A DNA stretch of 64,000 nt from positions 68,504 to 132,503 of the IMG/VR virus record IMGVR_UViG_3300048997_000225; one strand, given 5' to 3'. Position numbers and translations under genes: made by a program. Of the stretch, positions 21,987-33,700 are shown one piece after another. The notes beneath the pieces are model-generated. The model was given only the letters and a program-made list of their open reading frames with translations, was not told the origin of the DNA and searched no databases. The stretch's first letter is position 1. Each line of letters starts with the position of its first letter. Origin of the DNA: a virus.

Positions 21987-24260
21987 TTATCCGATAGATA
22001 TCGTTGGGATACCTAAGAGGGGTAGCCCTGTCACGTAATCACGAGCTATCGAAGGTGGTCCTGGAGCACCGGCTACTGCGAACCCGATAGATATCAATCC
22101 GATTTTAGTAACTGGAGCAGCAATATTAGCTACGCCACTAGAAGCCATAGTAGCAGAAGCTCCACCAAGCATAGTAGCTGTACCGGCACTTGCCATGAGT
22201 GATAAATTCCCTGCTCCAACTGTAGCAGCAAAGTTTCCGGTTCCAACTGTAGCAGCAATATTCCCAGCTGCTGCTGTCATAGCAATATTCCCAGCTGTTA
22301 CAGTATCTGCAATCCCAGTACCGGCAACAACTGTGCGAGCAATCCCGCCAGCCAATACTGTAGTACTATCAACACCAGCCAACATTAATTTAGTATCATT
22401 CAATGCAAATGTTGATTGACGGAGCTGCCCATATAATTCGGTAGTTTTACCGAGTGTAGTCCGATTGGCATCACCAGCCACTTTATGTTTATATCCACCA
22501 AATCCTATATTATGCGTAATCGAAAATGCCTCGACCGCTTCTAATCCACCAACGCTCCGGACAATATTCCCGCCAATTATGTCAATTTTAGAACCACTCA
22601 CTCCAGTATAATCAGATCCACCAATAGTCGTTTCACGACCATGCGTTCCGGCGTAAGTTGTCTTGATTTTTCCACGCAGTATCAAATCAACTGACACTGA
22701 CTGTGGATCATCAGAATTGGAGCGATCTTGGAAAGATCCAATATCGAGTTTTACTCCACCTAAAGTACGAATATCCAGACTAGTTTGCGTGTTTTCATCA
22801 ATACCAATTATAGCTTTGATTAAACCAAGTATATTAGCATCAATCGATTTACCTTTATCTTGCGGCGTAGTAGACTGGGACTTTGGAACATGTAAAAATA
22901 CACGGCCTTCTTTAGTAATCCCAAATGCAAATTGATTACTAGAAGTTGGACTTTGAATCCTGAATAATCGAGCCAACGCTTTGGTGTCGGCTTCAATCTG
23001 GCTTGTTATAATATCGACCGGTTCAAATATTGGAGCAGGGGAGTTAGATCCTTGATCTGGATCATCAAACACTCGCATCGTAAGGATTTTCTTATATAGA
23101 GCTCGGCCGGATTCCGTATAAGCATCATTTCCAACTACTGTCCCATGGACATCTTCTATATATAATGGCGGAATAAGATCGATTTGGACTCCATCACCAT
23201 CTTCTGTTACAGCCATAACTCCGTCATGAGTATGACGGAGTTCCATTCTATCTTCTACGTAACATTGATCTGTATCGGTAAATGATAAATCAGACTCCCC
23301 CATAACAATATGGCTAGTACGTTGTCCGTCTGGGAGAATTGAAAATGGATATAGTAAATTATCTGGATCGATCCCAACCGCTTCTATCGGTGTTCCATCT
23401 TGATTGATAAGGCCAAATTCTAATAGTTTCTGATATGCAGGAGACCCAATATCAATCTTAGTAACCATCGATCGAAGATCGGTACCTGATTCATCGGTAT
23501 TAGTTATGAATTTATTTTCAATTTTAACATCGAAATCATCAGTAATAGGATTAAATCCAGAAATTGCTAAATCCGGCAGAAAATTGAAAGAATTCCGGCG
23601 AATTAGACCTCGTCTATAATAACCAGCCGAATTACTAGTAAATTCATTTATGGTTTGTAAGATAGCTGTTTGATCTGAATCTCGCAATAAATACTCATTA
23701 CCAGCCCGATTCATCATATGAATATTTCTATCCATTAATGAATCGGCACCAGATGAAGAACTAGCTATCCAATCCCCAGCATATCCTTTCCGAGATTTCA
23801 GACGAATGACATCTAGATTAATATGTGGATCATTTGCTAATTCCGGAAGAGTCCGTCTAACTTCTTCAGCATCTGACGGATCAACTGTAGAAAATGGTTC
23901 AAATTCACGACTTGGATAAACACCAACTGTGACAAATTGAACAATATATGGGGCGAATGCACGATTGCTATATCGGCGCCATCCTATGACGACTTTGGAA
24001 TGTCTCTCAGGTAAATTCCCAGACCAAGATCGAGGTCCACATCCACCAGGAGCTGGAATAGGAACATCAAATCTTTCCCCAGTTCCGGATTCTAATTGAA
24101 TGGAACATACCATAGTTTCGGAATCTACATGTAAAATCCGACCCATCCACAAGAGACTATGAGCAAAATCTGTATCTTGAGATTGCGCTCGAGCTCCACC
24201 TATAAATTTGGGATCCGAGGTTAAGGGTAATTCTGGTCTAAATTTAGGGTCTCGGACCAT
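21987..24260 (-). CDS. Baseplate central spike (gp5/gpV-like)
   Basis: N-terminal OB-fold-like 'GRILHVDSETMVCSI...LPERHSKVVIGW'. C-terminal ~9-aa beta-helix repeats (TAGNIAMTA/AAGNIAATV/GTGNFAATV). Follows the hub gene. Confidence 0.75.
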   Translation of the reverse strand: MVRDPKFRPELPLTSDPKFIGGARAQSQDTDFAHSLLWMGRILHVDSETMVCSIQLESGTGERFDVPIPAPGGCGPRSWSGNLPERHSKVVIGWRRYSNRAFAPYIVQFVTVGVYPSREFEPFSTVDPSDAEEVRRTLPELANDPHINLDVIRLKSRKGYAGDWIASSSSGADSLMDRNIHMMNRAGNEYLLRDSDQTAILQTINEFTSNSAGYYRRGLIRRNSFNFLPDLAISGFNPITDDFDVKIENKFITNTDESGTDLRSMVTKIDIGSPAYQKLLEFGLINQDGTPIEAVGIDPDNLLYPFSILPDGQRTSHIVMGESDLSFTDTDQCYVEDRMELRHTHDGVMAVTEDGDGVQIDLIPPLYIEDVHGTVVGNDAYTESGRALYKKILTMRVFDDPDQGSNSPAPIFEPVDIITSQIEADTKALARLFRIQSPTSSNQFAFGITKEGRVFLHVPKSQSTTPQDKGKSIDANILGLIKAIIGIDENTQTSLDIRTLGGVKLDIGSFQDRSNSDDPQSVSVDLILRGKIKTTYAGTHGRETTIGGSDYTGVSGSKIDIIGGNIVRSVGGLEAVEAFSITHNIGFGGYKHKVAGDANRTTLGKTTELYGQLRQSTFALNDTKLMLAGVDSTTVLAGGIARTVVAGTGIADTVTAGNIAMTAAAGNIAATVGTGNFAATVGAGNLSLMASAGTATMLGGASATMASSGVANIAAPVTKIGLISIGFAVAGAPGPPSIARDYVTGLPLLGIPTISIG

Positions 24261-24294
24261 CTAGTACAGTACTCCTATATGAGGCAGAAATAAA

Positions 24295-24678
24295 ATGGCA
24301 TTGATTCGAGCAACAACTATTGATGGACGTTGGGTAGAACCCGCCCGATGGGATGTTAATCCCGAAATAATCCTTAAAGAAGGACAAGAATTTAACATAT
24401 CATTTCCAGTTCAAAATGATGTTTTCTTTAATTTCATATCTAAAAGCCAAAAGCAAGATTTTAGTGTTGATATAACAGACAAAATAAAAACTGTCACATT
24501 GATATTCACGATTAAAAACATCAAACATTTGCTCGATACAGAGAATATTAAACCTGAATTGGAATCATTGATAATATTAGTCCCGAACAATCGAATGGTA
24601 GAAAATATATTCCTATTCTTAATGTCGCCAGAAATGTGCAGTCCTAAATTTATTGAGATTATGAAGGAGAAAACTTAA
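24295..24678 (+). CDS. Hypothetical protein, antisense insertion in tail operon
   Basis: 127 aa with GAGG upstream; fills the gap between hub and spike genes. Confidence 0.55.
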   Translation: MALIRATTIDGRWVEPARWDVNPEIILKEGQEFNISFPVQNDVFFNFISKSQKQDFSVDITDKIKTVTLIFTIKNIKHLLDTENIKPELESLIILVPNNRMVENIFLFLMSPEMCSPKFIEIMKEKT

Positions 24679-27600
24679 TCGGTAGTGAATCCGGGATTGA
24701 TGGTCTCTCCTATACGTGGCGATCGGCCTGGCGGTTGGAATTGCGGTTTAATATGAATTGGCTTCGGACTAGATGAATTGGATGAAACACTAATCCCAGG
24801 AGTCACTAACCCGCCTTTGGCTGCATCAAAAATAGAACCTGGTAAGTTGATTATAGATTGTCCTAACTGGTCAGTTGGACCACCACTTTTAAATTGATCT
24901 TTAAAATTCTGCAAAGATCGTTGAGTTTGTCCGAATGAAAATTGCGCGTCGCCTTGTAGGGCTTGTAGGGCTTGTGGATCGCCTAATGCTGCTCTATCGA
25001 ACAATGTGTTCTTAGGATCGCCTATAATATTATTAGATTCTTGCCCTTCATTCGGCCGTGTTATAGTTCTGCCACCACCAATTGCATATTGTTCGCGTTT
25101 AGTGTTTTCTTGATATTCAGTTGTGAACTTACTGATCAAGAAATTGCGTAATACTTCAAAAAATCCTTGTGGTCCAGATAATGTAAAATTATCGCCTTCT
25201 GACACATTAGAAGATTGAGAAATTCCAGAACTCGCCGCGGCGTCAGCAGCAGCAAGATTAGTTTCATCAGTAATCGTCGGATCAGAGTTTATGGACTGAA
25301 CAGGATTTAAAAGTTGCCTAATTAAAGTCTGTGGAAGAACTGATAACCATGATGTCTTCCCGAGATCACATTGGCAACGATTAAATCCAACAGCACCTAA
25401 ACCATTATTAGTAGTCGGTTGCATTTCTGCTAAAGAAACCGCTCTTCGAATCGCGTCAGCTTCGGCAAATACAGCTTTCCCAGAATTAGATACAGACGAA
25501 TTGATAGCATCCGTATAAGTTTGTTGCCCAGTCGGACTGACATCTTGGAAACTATTGGATTTCTGGTAATTCGCACCTTTGAATGAAGCTCCAGTCATGT
25601 ATTCATCAGGACCCATTTTCTCGAATGCTTCAGCAAACGTCGTAGATTGTGGTCCTAAATTATCTTGGATTGGATTATCAGTCAGTAATCCGCCATGAGC
25701 TGCAAATTGAATATTTAATTGATTAACTGTGGTTTTAGGATTTTGATCAATCTCATTAGGGTTAGGTATTTGGACTTTGCCACGATCAATAAAAGCACCA
25801 CGACCATATCTATAATGACCAATGACTTCAAAGCCGAATTCATCGGATACTGGTCTGATCATTATGTTAATAGATGTTAATTTCCGAATAGCAGAACTAC
25901 TGGTTTGTAAAGCTGCTTTCTGGGTTCGAATATCGTCCAAAGAAAATTGTGCGGTTTTGACAACGGCTTTCGCTCTATCAACTATAGCTTTACGTTGTTT
26001 AGCATCTTCGGATAATTCTCCATTTACAGGAGGATTTTTCTTAATGAATATATCATACTCAGTCTCAGCGTGTTTCTGATCCTTAATTGCCGTTTTAGTA
26101 TCTTTCAATAATTGTTTTTCTTGATTAGATAACTCGGTTATTTTGACCGAGTTTGCATCAAATTTTTTCTTATTAATAATAGTTTGATCATCGGTCCCAC
26201 TTGTCGAAATAGCGCCTTCCGGGTCTTGCGTGCCTGAACCCCATAAAATGGAATCCGCTGGAATTATAGATAGTTCCTTAAATACACCATCAACATCATG
26301 AGCATAATCATATGCTCCAGCGTTCGTCATCCCGGCTTCATATCTACGAGATCGTAATCTGTCGATGACTTCCATACGTTTTTCATTCTGCAACATAGTA
26401 AATGTTGAACGAACGGTTTGATCGTACGAAAAGTCTGGGCCTTCCGGTTTATTTTTATCTTGGGTCTTAGGATTATGAGATTTAGTAGATCCGGTTTGTT
26501 CAAGAACTCGTGATAATACTTGTCCGTTTAAAGTCTGTCGATACACCATAACGGCATTAGGAAATCCTAATAATTTCCCAGTCTTCGTATCTCTTAAAAC
26601 AGCAGGACCACCAAAATCTGCATCTTGTCCAGTATGAGTAAGTCCACTTGTCCCACCAACATTAGATGGAAAATCAACTTGATATGTAGATTCAGATCTC
26701 ACTTCAACTTTCTTAGTAACAGGATCTTTAGAAGATACAGATCGAGATTTGGAATGAGTTATTCGTCCGATGTTCTTTGGTGCAATAAATTTGGAGCGCT
26801 TAGCTGTTAAAGTTAGAGTTGTTGTTGCTTGCGAACCCGGTGAGAAATTGTGTGATATGCCTTGAACATAAAAGAAAGCGTCGAATCTAGGGATCCAAAC
26901 CGGAAAACCCATACGGAGTTCTGGTCGCATTGGGATGGTGATAGTCCCTTGTATACGTTTGGAATTTATTTTATCGATTTGATCAAGTAAATGATAAAAT
27001 AATCGTTTAGCATTTCCAGCCCATTCAACTTGAACATCTAATCTACGCCACCCATAACGCTTCAATAAATGCCAGTCAATAACGCCTGTTCGAGGAGTAG
27101 TTATATCATCATTCAATCCCCAATCAGTCGTTCCTCCGAATGCATTGCCATGTGATGTGACGTGAGTATAAACTTCTTGTTCAGAATCAGTTATACTTTC
27201 GTCAATAATTTCAAAATCTTGAATCCAGGATACTGGTTTATTCGGAATAACATTTAAATTATAAAATGGAGGCTTGAATACAATATCGCCAGTAGTATCG
27301 CAATAGAATTCATATCCACCAGCTTGATCTCGAGCTGTCAAAGCAATAGACAATTTGCTTTGAGTTTCATTTTGGAAAAAATCTATATCACCAGCGCGAG
27401 CCATTTCTACTTTGAAAGCTGCTATCTCATGCGGTTGAATTTTAAATAATGATGTTTCGCTATTCAGCGATAAACTTTGAGCTTCCTGTTCAAAGATTTG
27501 TTGAGAAATTTTCAACGGGGAGACATTCCCGGAGTCTCCTGAAAATGTGTAAGCTTGTCCGCTAGTGCCATATAAAACTAAACTATTCCAAATATTCCCA

Positions 27601-28283
27601 AATTTGAGCTGCCAATATGCCATTATATCTTTAGCATATGACGCCACAACTTTTTGTTCAGGTCCAGTTTCCGGTCTAAATGATAAAAACGATCCGGTAG
27701 TTATCGAAAAATCTCCCATTGCCTCCTTAGCTAGTGCAATAATAACAGTATATGGATTCATGCCTGCAAAATAATTACCGAATAAATTATAATTGCTTTG
27801 CGATTTTCCAATATCTAAAAATGCTGGATTAGTAGTGAAGTTAGTGAGTTCCCACCAACGCAAAATGTCACGACATTGAATAGATACTGTAGTGACCCCA
27901 TTAGACCAATTTTTAGTAACTGAAGAAATCAATCCCCAAAATATCCTGTAATATTGTGGGAATCCACCAATAGTATAATAGCCTTTTGCAAAAATCTCGA
28001 CTTCCATCATTGGAATGATGACGAATTGTCCATCCGAATAAAATTCGTTTACATCAGTATCAGGAATGGACAACGTAAATGAAGCACTGGATGGTGGAGA
28101 GTCCACTGACCCATCATATTGAACGCCAGTTATATATTTATTAACATCAATCGTTCTTCGACATTCACCACATGCCACGACAGTGGTCTCGCCTTGTATT
28201 GATACATATACATCCGGAGTCAGTGTCAAATAAGGACGTTTGTTTGGTTGCCAGCTTCCTCTAAACGCTGATATTCTAGGCAT
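24675..28283 (-). CDS. Baseplate hub protein (T4 gp27 / GPD-like)
   Basis: 1202 aa. 'SASFTLSIP...EVEIFAKG...IFWGLISSV...IQCRD', 'YEFYCDTTGDIVFKPPFYN', 'GTITIPMRPELRMGFPV...FYVQGISHNF...TTTLTL'. Confidence 0.8.
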   Translation of the reverse strand: MPRISAFRGSWQPNKRPYLTLTPDVYVSIQGETTVVACGECRRTIDVNKYITGVQYDGSVDSPPSSASFTLSIPDTDVNEFYSDGQFVIIPMMEVEIFAKGYYTIGGFPQYYRIFWGLISSVTKNWSNGVTTVSIQCRDILRWWELTNFTTNPAFLDIGKSQSNYNLFGNYFAGMNPYTVIIALAKEAMGDFSITTGSFLSFRPETGPEQKVVASYAKDIMAYWQLKFGNIWNSLVLYGTSGQAYTFSGDSGNVSPLKISQQIFEQEAQSLSLNSETSLFKIQPHEIAAFKVEMARAGDIDFFQNETQSKLSIALTARDQAGGYEFYCDTTGDIVFKPPFYNLNVIPNKPVSWIQDFEIIDESITDSEQEVYTHVTSHGNAFGGTTDWGLNDDITTPRTGVIDWHLLKRYGWRRLDVQVEWAGNAKRLFYHLLDQIDKINSKRIQGTITIPMRPELRMGFPVWIPRFDAFFYVQGISHNFSPGSQATTTLTLTAKRSKFIAPKNIGRITHSKSRSVSSKDPVTKKVEVRSESTYQVDFPSNVGGTSGLTHTGQDADFGGPAVLRDTKTGKLLGFPNAVMVYRQTLNGQVLSRVLEQTGSTKSHNPKTQDKNKPEGPDFSYDQTVRSTFTMLQNEKRMEVIDRLRSRRYEAGMTNAGAYDYAHDVDGVFKELSIIPADSILWGSGTQDPEGAISTSGTDDQTIINKKKFDANSVKITELSNQEKQLLKDTKTAIKDQKHAETEYDIFIKKNPPVNGELSEDAKQRKAIVDRAKAVVKTAQFSLDDIRTQKAALQTSSSAIRKLTSINIMIRPVSDEFGFEVIGHYRYGRGAFIDRGKVQIPNPNEIDQNPKTTVNQLNIQFAAHGGLLTDNPIQDNLGPQSTTFAEAFEKMGPDEYMTGASFKGANYQKSNSFQDVSPTGQQTYTDAINSSVSNSGKAVFAEADAIRRAVSLAEMQPTTNNGLGAVGFNRCQCDLGKTSWLSVLPQTLIRQLLNPVQSINSDPTITDETNLAAADAAASSGISQSSNVSEGDNFTLSGPQGFFEVLRNFLISKFTTEYQENTKREQYAIGGGRTITRPNEGQESNNIIGDPKNTLFDRAALGDPQALQALQGDAQFSFGQTQRSLQNFKDQFKSGGPTDQLGQSIINLPGSIFDAAKGGLVTPGISVSSNSSSPKPIHIKPQFQPPGRSPRIGETINPGFTTD

Positions 28284-28285
28284 GA

Positions 28286-29980
28286 TTACAATGCGGCTCC
28301 TGGAGGACCAATAACTCGGCTAGACACGACCGATACTTCAAAATCTGTTAATCGATTATCATTATTGACCGGAATATCATATCGGACGTTGAATTTAAAA
28401 CTGTATTCGAGATTAAATGGCTTATTGCCAGCGTCCTGAACTTCGAAGGAATCAAACGAGCCAATATATAGATGATTGTCGTAATAGATAAATATACTAT
28501 AACTTAAAATAGGGATCCCCGGATCGGCTTCTGATCCAGCATATAAAACGCCGTTATTTTTATATATTAATTGTAAAGATAATAAATTATGATAGCTGGC
28601 ACTAAAAACTCGCAGTTCGTTAGTAATACCGCCTGACCCGTCAGAACCTATAACATATTGACCAGCAGTAACTCCGGAACCAGAAATCGGGAAAGGTTTT
28701 TCAAGCCATGTATGAACAATATTTCCATAACGTCCCTTGGATCCACTATCCACTGATTGTTCATAACTGCGAGAAATCTCACTCGGATTTACCAGCAACA
28801 ACAATGCCGGAGTCCGTCTTATCATCTCAATTTGCCGTTGCAATGCAGCAGTCTGTTTATTAATGACATCTAATCGATTAGTATCAATTTTTAAATTCTT
28901 CCCTATTCTATCGCCAGCAGGATCTACTTCAGCTTGTGTTGAATCGCCAATATTAATCACAAATTCATTAGATTGAATAGGCGTAGATTCTTGGACTGGA
29001 GGAGCAGAGCCATCATCACCTATGACACCACCATATCTACCTTGCGCGATTCCACTATTTAAGTCGTTAAGTTGAGTCGTTAAGTTTTTAGTATATCGGG
29101 CTGGACTAGCACCAAAATACGGGGCTCGACCTGTTGATGAATGCAATAAGCCATCAACATAAACTTCAGGCGTAGTTGCTGCAGCGGACTCGGGCCAACC
29201 ACGCAATAATTGATTGACTTGATAATTTACTGCAGAATCTAAATTAGTAAAGGCAGAATAATAAGTAACATATGCGGAATTATCTCCCCTATAACCATCA
29301 CCTAAATAATAAGTACCTCCACTTGGAGGATTTGGCATTTGAGCAACGCCAACTTTGGGACTATTAAATACTAATTTTTGAGCTTTCCTGTCTTTAAAGT
29401 TATCATATCCCGGTGCATATACTCCCTTATGACCCGGGATTTCTGTATTGCCTAAGTTAAAATTATTGGTTGGGAAACTATTAGTCCCAAGCGCCCGGCC
29501 TTGCTCAAGCAATATTTGAGCAGTAATTAAATTTAAAGTTGGTTCGGATGGCGCTGTATTAGCCTGTTTTACATAAGCATTATAAACAGATTTCCTAAGA
29601 TCTGCAATCATCACTCCTTTTTTAGTCAGGGGTAATTCTCCGGCATTCTCAGTTCCAACTCGGACTTTAGTCGTAACAGATTGACGGGGAGTAGCGCTAG
29701 TTAGTGGTTTATTGTTGGTTGGGACTCCAGTCAATTGATTACCAATCGATTGCACTGGAATAAAATTAACTGCGTTATCTGGAGGAATTAATCCAATTAT
29801 GAATGGTTTGGGATTCCGTTTAGCAGATACAATAGTTCCGAAAAATTCACCATTAGATTCAGAATCGCCAGCAGCATCAGCGGTCTTAATATTGATAGCA
29901 GTCTGTAGATATTCCAGGAAACCAAGAATATTATGAACTGGAAAATTAAGTTTGCCAGCTATATCTGGAGGTAATGGCAT
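28286..29980 (-). CDS. Tube-initiator-like baseplate protein with glucosaminidase/lysozyme-like insert
   Basis: 'AQILLEQG...NFNLGN...Y..F.NLDSAV' resembles GH73/FlgJ. C-terminal domain is paralogous to 29987-30715. Confidence 0.55.
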   Translation of the reverse strand: MPLPPDIAGKLNFPVHNILGFLEYLQTAINIKTADAAGDSESNGEFFGTIVSAKRNPKPFIIGLIPPDNAVNFIPVQSIGNQLTGVPTNNKPLTSATPRQSVTTKVRVGTENAGELPLTKKGVMIADLRKSVYNAYVKQANTAPSEPTLNLITAQILLEQGRALGTNSFPTNNFNLGNTEIPGHKGVYAPGYDNFKDRKAQKLVFNSPKVGVAQMPNPPSGGTYYLGDGYRGDNSAYVTYYSAFTNLDSAVNYQVNQLLRGWPESAAATTPEVYVDGLLHSSTGRAPYFGASPARYTKNLTTQLNDLNSGIAQGRYGGVIGDDGSAPPVQESTPIQSNEFVINIGDSTQAEVDPAGDRIGKNLKIDTNRLDVINKQTAALQRQIEMIRRTPALLLLVNPSEISRSYEQSVDSGSKGRYGNIVHTWLEKPFPISGSGVTAGQYVIGSDGSGGITNELRVFSASYHNLLSLQLIYKNNGVLYAGSEADPGIPILSYSIFIYYDNHLYIGSFDSFEVQDAGNKPFNLEYSFKFNVRYDIPVNNDNRLTDFEVSVVSSRVIGPPGAAL

Positions 29981-29986
29981 TAGTAA

Positions 29987-30715
29987 TTAAGGAATATCTT
30001 CCCCGTTTTTAGCAAAATCACCAGTCCCGGATATGAGATCTGCTTCTAATTGACTCGGACTTTTAGTAGGCCCTCCAGTTACGTCACCCGGACGAATGAG
30101 ACGATTATTGGATAATGGGAACAAATAAACTCGTTCCTCTATTTTAAATTCCCAATCCAAATCGAATGAATAGGCTTTCTCGTCAGTTTCTTTAACTGAA
30201 AATGTTGTGAAATGTCCCATATAAATGCCGCGATCATAAATTATCATGATCCGGCCGCGAAGAATCGGGACTCCATTGCCATTAAATATTTGTCCATTTC
30301 CGCGAAATAAATCGAGTAAGTCTTCTTGCCTCTCCCATGCCATAGTGGCATGACGTCCGGGATCGCCTGCTGCAACAGACGGCCCTTGATTATTGGAAGA
30401 CGTGCCATCACTCCCGGCAGTTAAACCAGTGTTAGGTCCAATAAACGCACCTGTACTAGCAGTAGCAGATAAAGTATCTAGTTCTTCTGGCCAGTTAAAT
30501 TCAACAAATCCTCCAACAGTCATAACGACTGTTTTGGATTTTGTCATAGATTCGCTCAATGACGAAGGATTAATATGTAAAGCGAGTAAAAATGGATAAA
30601 GTGGTTGTTTTAATGGATCAGTGACTTGAAAAAGTATGGGTCGGCCTTTTTTGGTTGAATATGTGAATGATTCACCAATTTTAGGATTTGGAATATTGGG
30701 TAACTGAATGGGCAT
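29987..30715 (-). CDS. Tail tube initiator / baseplate protein (gp48/gp54-like)
   Basis: Directly after tape measure. 'LHINPSSLSES...YMGHFTTFSVKET...FDLDWEFKI'. Confidence 0.6.
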   Translation of the reverse strand: MPIQLPNIPNPKIGESFTYSTKKGRPILFQVTDPLKQPLYPFLLALHINPSSLSESMTKSKTVVMTVGGFVEFNWPEELDTLSATASTGAFIGPNTGLTAGSDGTSSNNQGPSVAAGDPGRHATMAWERQEDLLDLFRGNGQIFNGNGVPILRGRIMIIYDRGIYMGHFTTFSVKETDEKAYSFDLDWEFKIEERVYLFPLSNNRLIRPGDVTGGPTKSPSQLEADLISGTGDFAKNGEDIP

Positions 30716-30718
30716 AAA

Positions 30719-33700
30719 TCAAGGCCTGCGTGCTAATTTATCCATGGCACCATATACAGCGCCTTCCAATTGTTGCTGAGTAAGACTCGTGCCATGAATA
30801 TTAATATTGGCATGAACTGTTGGGCGATTGCCACCATTTTTATCTCCAGCGGGCATGGCAGGTACTACATACTCGCCTCGATGGAGTTTATATGATCCAG
30901 TGTCATGCACAGGACCTCCGATTAATTTACTACCACTATAATCTTTATTTTTATCTCTAAAAGTCTTCAATAACGCATTAGGATCGTCCACATCACTAGG
31001 CAATTCAAAAAGCGAACGCAAAGCTACTGCAGGATCTCCTCCCGCAATTTCTTGTCCATAACTAGATAGCATCTTGCTTATACCTGGAGAATTTTGCATT
31101 TTAGCTTGAATTATAGCAAATTCAAGCAAAGCTTCTCGGAATGAATCTAGCGTAGCTGATTTTAAAATTCCAGCATATGGTCCACGAAGAAATGATGATT
31201 CGAATCGAATACCTTTTTTCAAAATATTCAAAGTATCATTAATGCCATCGTAGACATCTTCAGTAGCATGAATTTGAGCATCAGAAGATTTTTCATGTGA
31301 AGAAACAACTTCTTTAGTTTGTTGCTCAGTTTGCTCCACATAAGCTTTTTGCGATATCGTACGATTTTTTTCTGGCGGAAGCCCAGCGGATTTAGAAGCC
31401 CCGGCTGGCCCGGTTGCCGTCGCATTTCGGCCTGTAGCTAAAGGAACCATATTTCGGTCAATATCTGCAGCGTCAGCCTGAGCTTGTATGAATTTTTCAT
31501 ACTCCGCTTTAGTCTTAAATGATGATTTAACTTCAGCACCAGGCCTGCGAACGGGACCACCACTTGCATTGTTCTTATCGGCATCGGATAAAACTTGTGG
31601 CAAAATATTTTGGCCAAATTGTAACAAATTCGTTTCAATGTCGCCCGGGATAGCAGCTAGTTGTCCGAAAGCATCAGAAACGTTGCCTTCTTTCAAAGCG
31701 GCTAAAAAATTATCTTTAATATATTGAGCTTGAGGACCACTGCCACGAGATTCCGCGAACTTGCTGACTTTCTCAGCAATTGCATCAGCATTGGCCTGCA
31801 ACATCTTGGGATCATATACACCACTAGCAATTTTAGTCATCTGACCGCCAGAAGCTCCGGACTTAGCTCCAGTCATCAGAGCGTCAGCAAGCTGCTTCAT
31901 TTTTCCTTTTTCAGCAGCCCCATATCCAGAAGCTTGAATACCAGAACTAAATTTATCAATCTTCCCTATAGACTCTTGAGTTTTTTTACTACCGACTAAC
32001 CATTCCCAAACATTATCTATGATTTTAAGAATAGGGTCCAAAACCCCGTAGATTTTCTCGAGTAAATATGCGATAATATTTTCTAGTTTATCGCCAACGG
32101 AAGTCGTAGCCTCAATTTGTTGAACCGCCAAATCTTCTGCAGTCAATGACGTTTTCTTGTCAACATTAGATTGCTCGGCCGCATAGAATAATTGCTCATC
32201 AGAAGCTTTAGCCATCATTTCTGAAGTAACTTTGCTTTCTTCAGTATTCTTCTCTTGAGCAATTAAACTCCGCAAAGACTTATTCATAGAAATGGAATTG
32301 GTTTTTCCGAACATTTGAAGTTGAGCACGTTGAGCCTTTAGAGATTGGCTCATAGTGCGCATGGCTTCATATTGTTCTTCTGATACACCGAGTTGTTTAA
32401 TTACATGCTCAGACAGACCATCAAATCCCTTCACAAACGTTTGTGAGAATTTCTCCATGATTTTATAAGTAGCAAACATTCCGCCACCACGCATGGCAGT
32501 CGCCGTATTGAGCGGACCGCCTTTTTGACGAGCGGATTCATAGCTGGCCAATTTCATAGCGTTAGTGATTACAGTTCCAGATAGCTGCTCGCCTTGTTCT
32601 GCTGCTCGCCCTTGAGCTTTAGCAATGAGCTCGGCCATGGATTTTTCCCCACCTTTATAAGCTTTCTCGAATTCATCCGAATTGATTCCATATTTAGAAA
32701 AATTTTCCGCCATAGTTTTGGCTTTAAGCGAAAAATCTTTATCTAAAGTTTTACTCACGAATCCGGTGCCAGCAACTAAAGCAACTTTCAAGCGTTGCTT
32801 GAAATCCATGCCTTTAAAGCCGTTAGTAAACGAATCCATGAAATTCTTCACATCTTTAGGACTCATAGTCTTGGAAAGAAGCTTTATAGTGCCAGTCAAT
32901 TCTTCCAAACGATTTTGATAAAGTTCGACGTCAGGCAATACTTGCCTAAATATACCCATGAATTTAGTCATTGGCATGTTGGCTGATGCAGCGGCTTTTA
33001 CAGCCATACCCATTACGTTTTGTATTTGTTCTGCACCATAACCAGCATCACTCTGGAGTTGACCCATCATAGTTCCGACTTCAGTCGCTTCCATATTCAT
33101 GGCTTTGCCATATGCTATGGCATTTTTAGCAAGTAAGGCCATGCCTGCCTGGACATCTCCTTTTCCAAGTTCAGCCAAAGTCGAACGAGTCTTAAGTAAT
33201 GATCCTGTAGATTCAACAGCAAATCGATTGACGACTTTCAAAGCCTGTTCGGAATCTCCACCTAATTTCAAAAATTCACCGGCAGAATCACGAGCCGCAA
33301 CTCGAAGTTCATCTACAGTGTCTCGATAAGTCTCCGTAGCTGTTGTAAAATCGCCAGCTGTTCCGAGACCTTCAAGCATTGCTTTATTGAGTTTGGTTTG
33401 ATGTTCGCTGGCAGCTTTAATAAGCTGCCAGAGTGCTGTCATGGCAGTGACTGCTCCAGCCAGTACTGGAACAGCTTTGGACAGACCGGTAATAGCGCTA
33501 GACATAGCGCCCATTTCACCGCCTGAGGAAATTGTAGCTCGAGCAGCTACGCCTTTAGCATATTTAGAACCAGCACTGACTGATTGGCCGATTCCACTGA
33601 TGGCTCCTCGAACTCCGCCAGAACGAGCTTTATGAATAGCCCCTATCATTTCCTTACTAAAATTTTTCCCGGTATAACCAGCTGCCTTTTTTAGAGTGTC

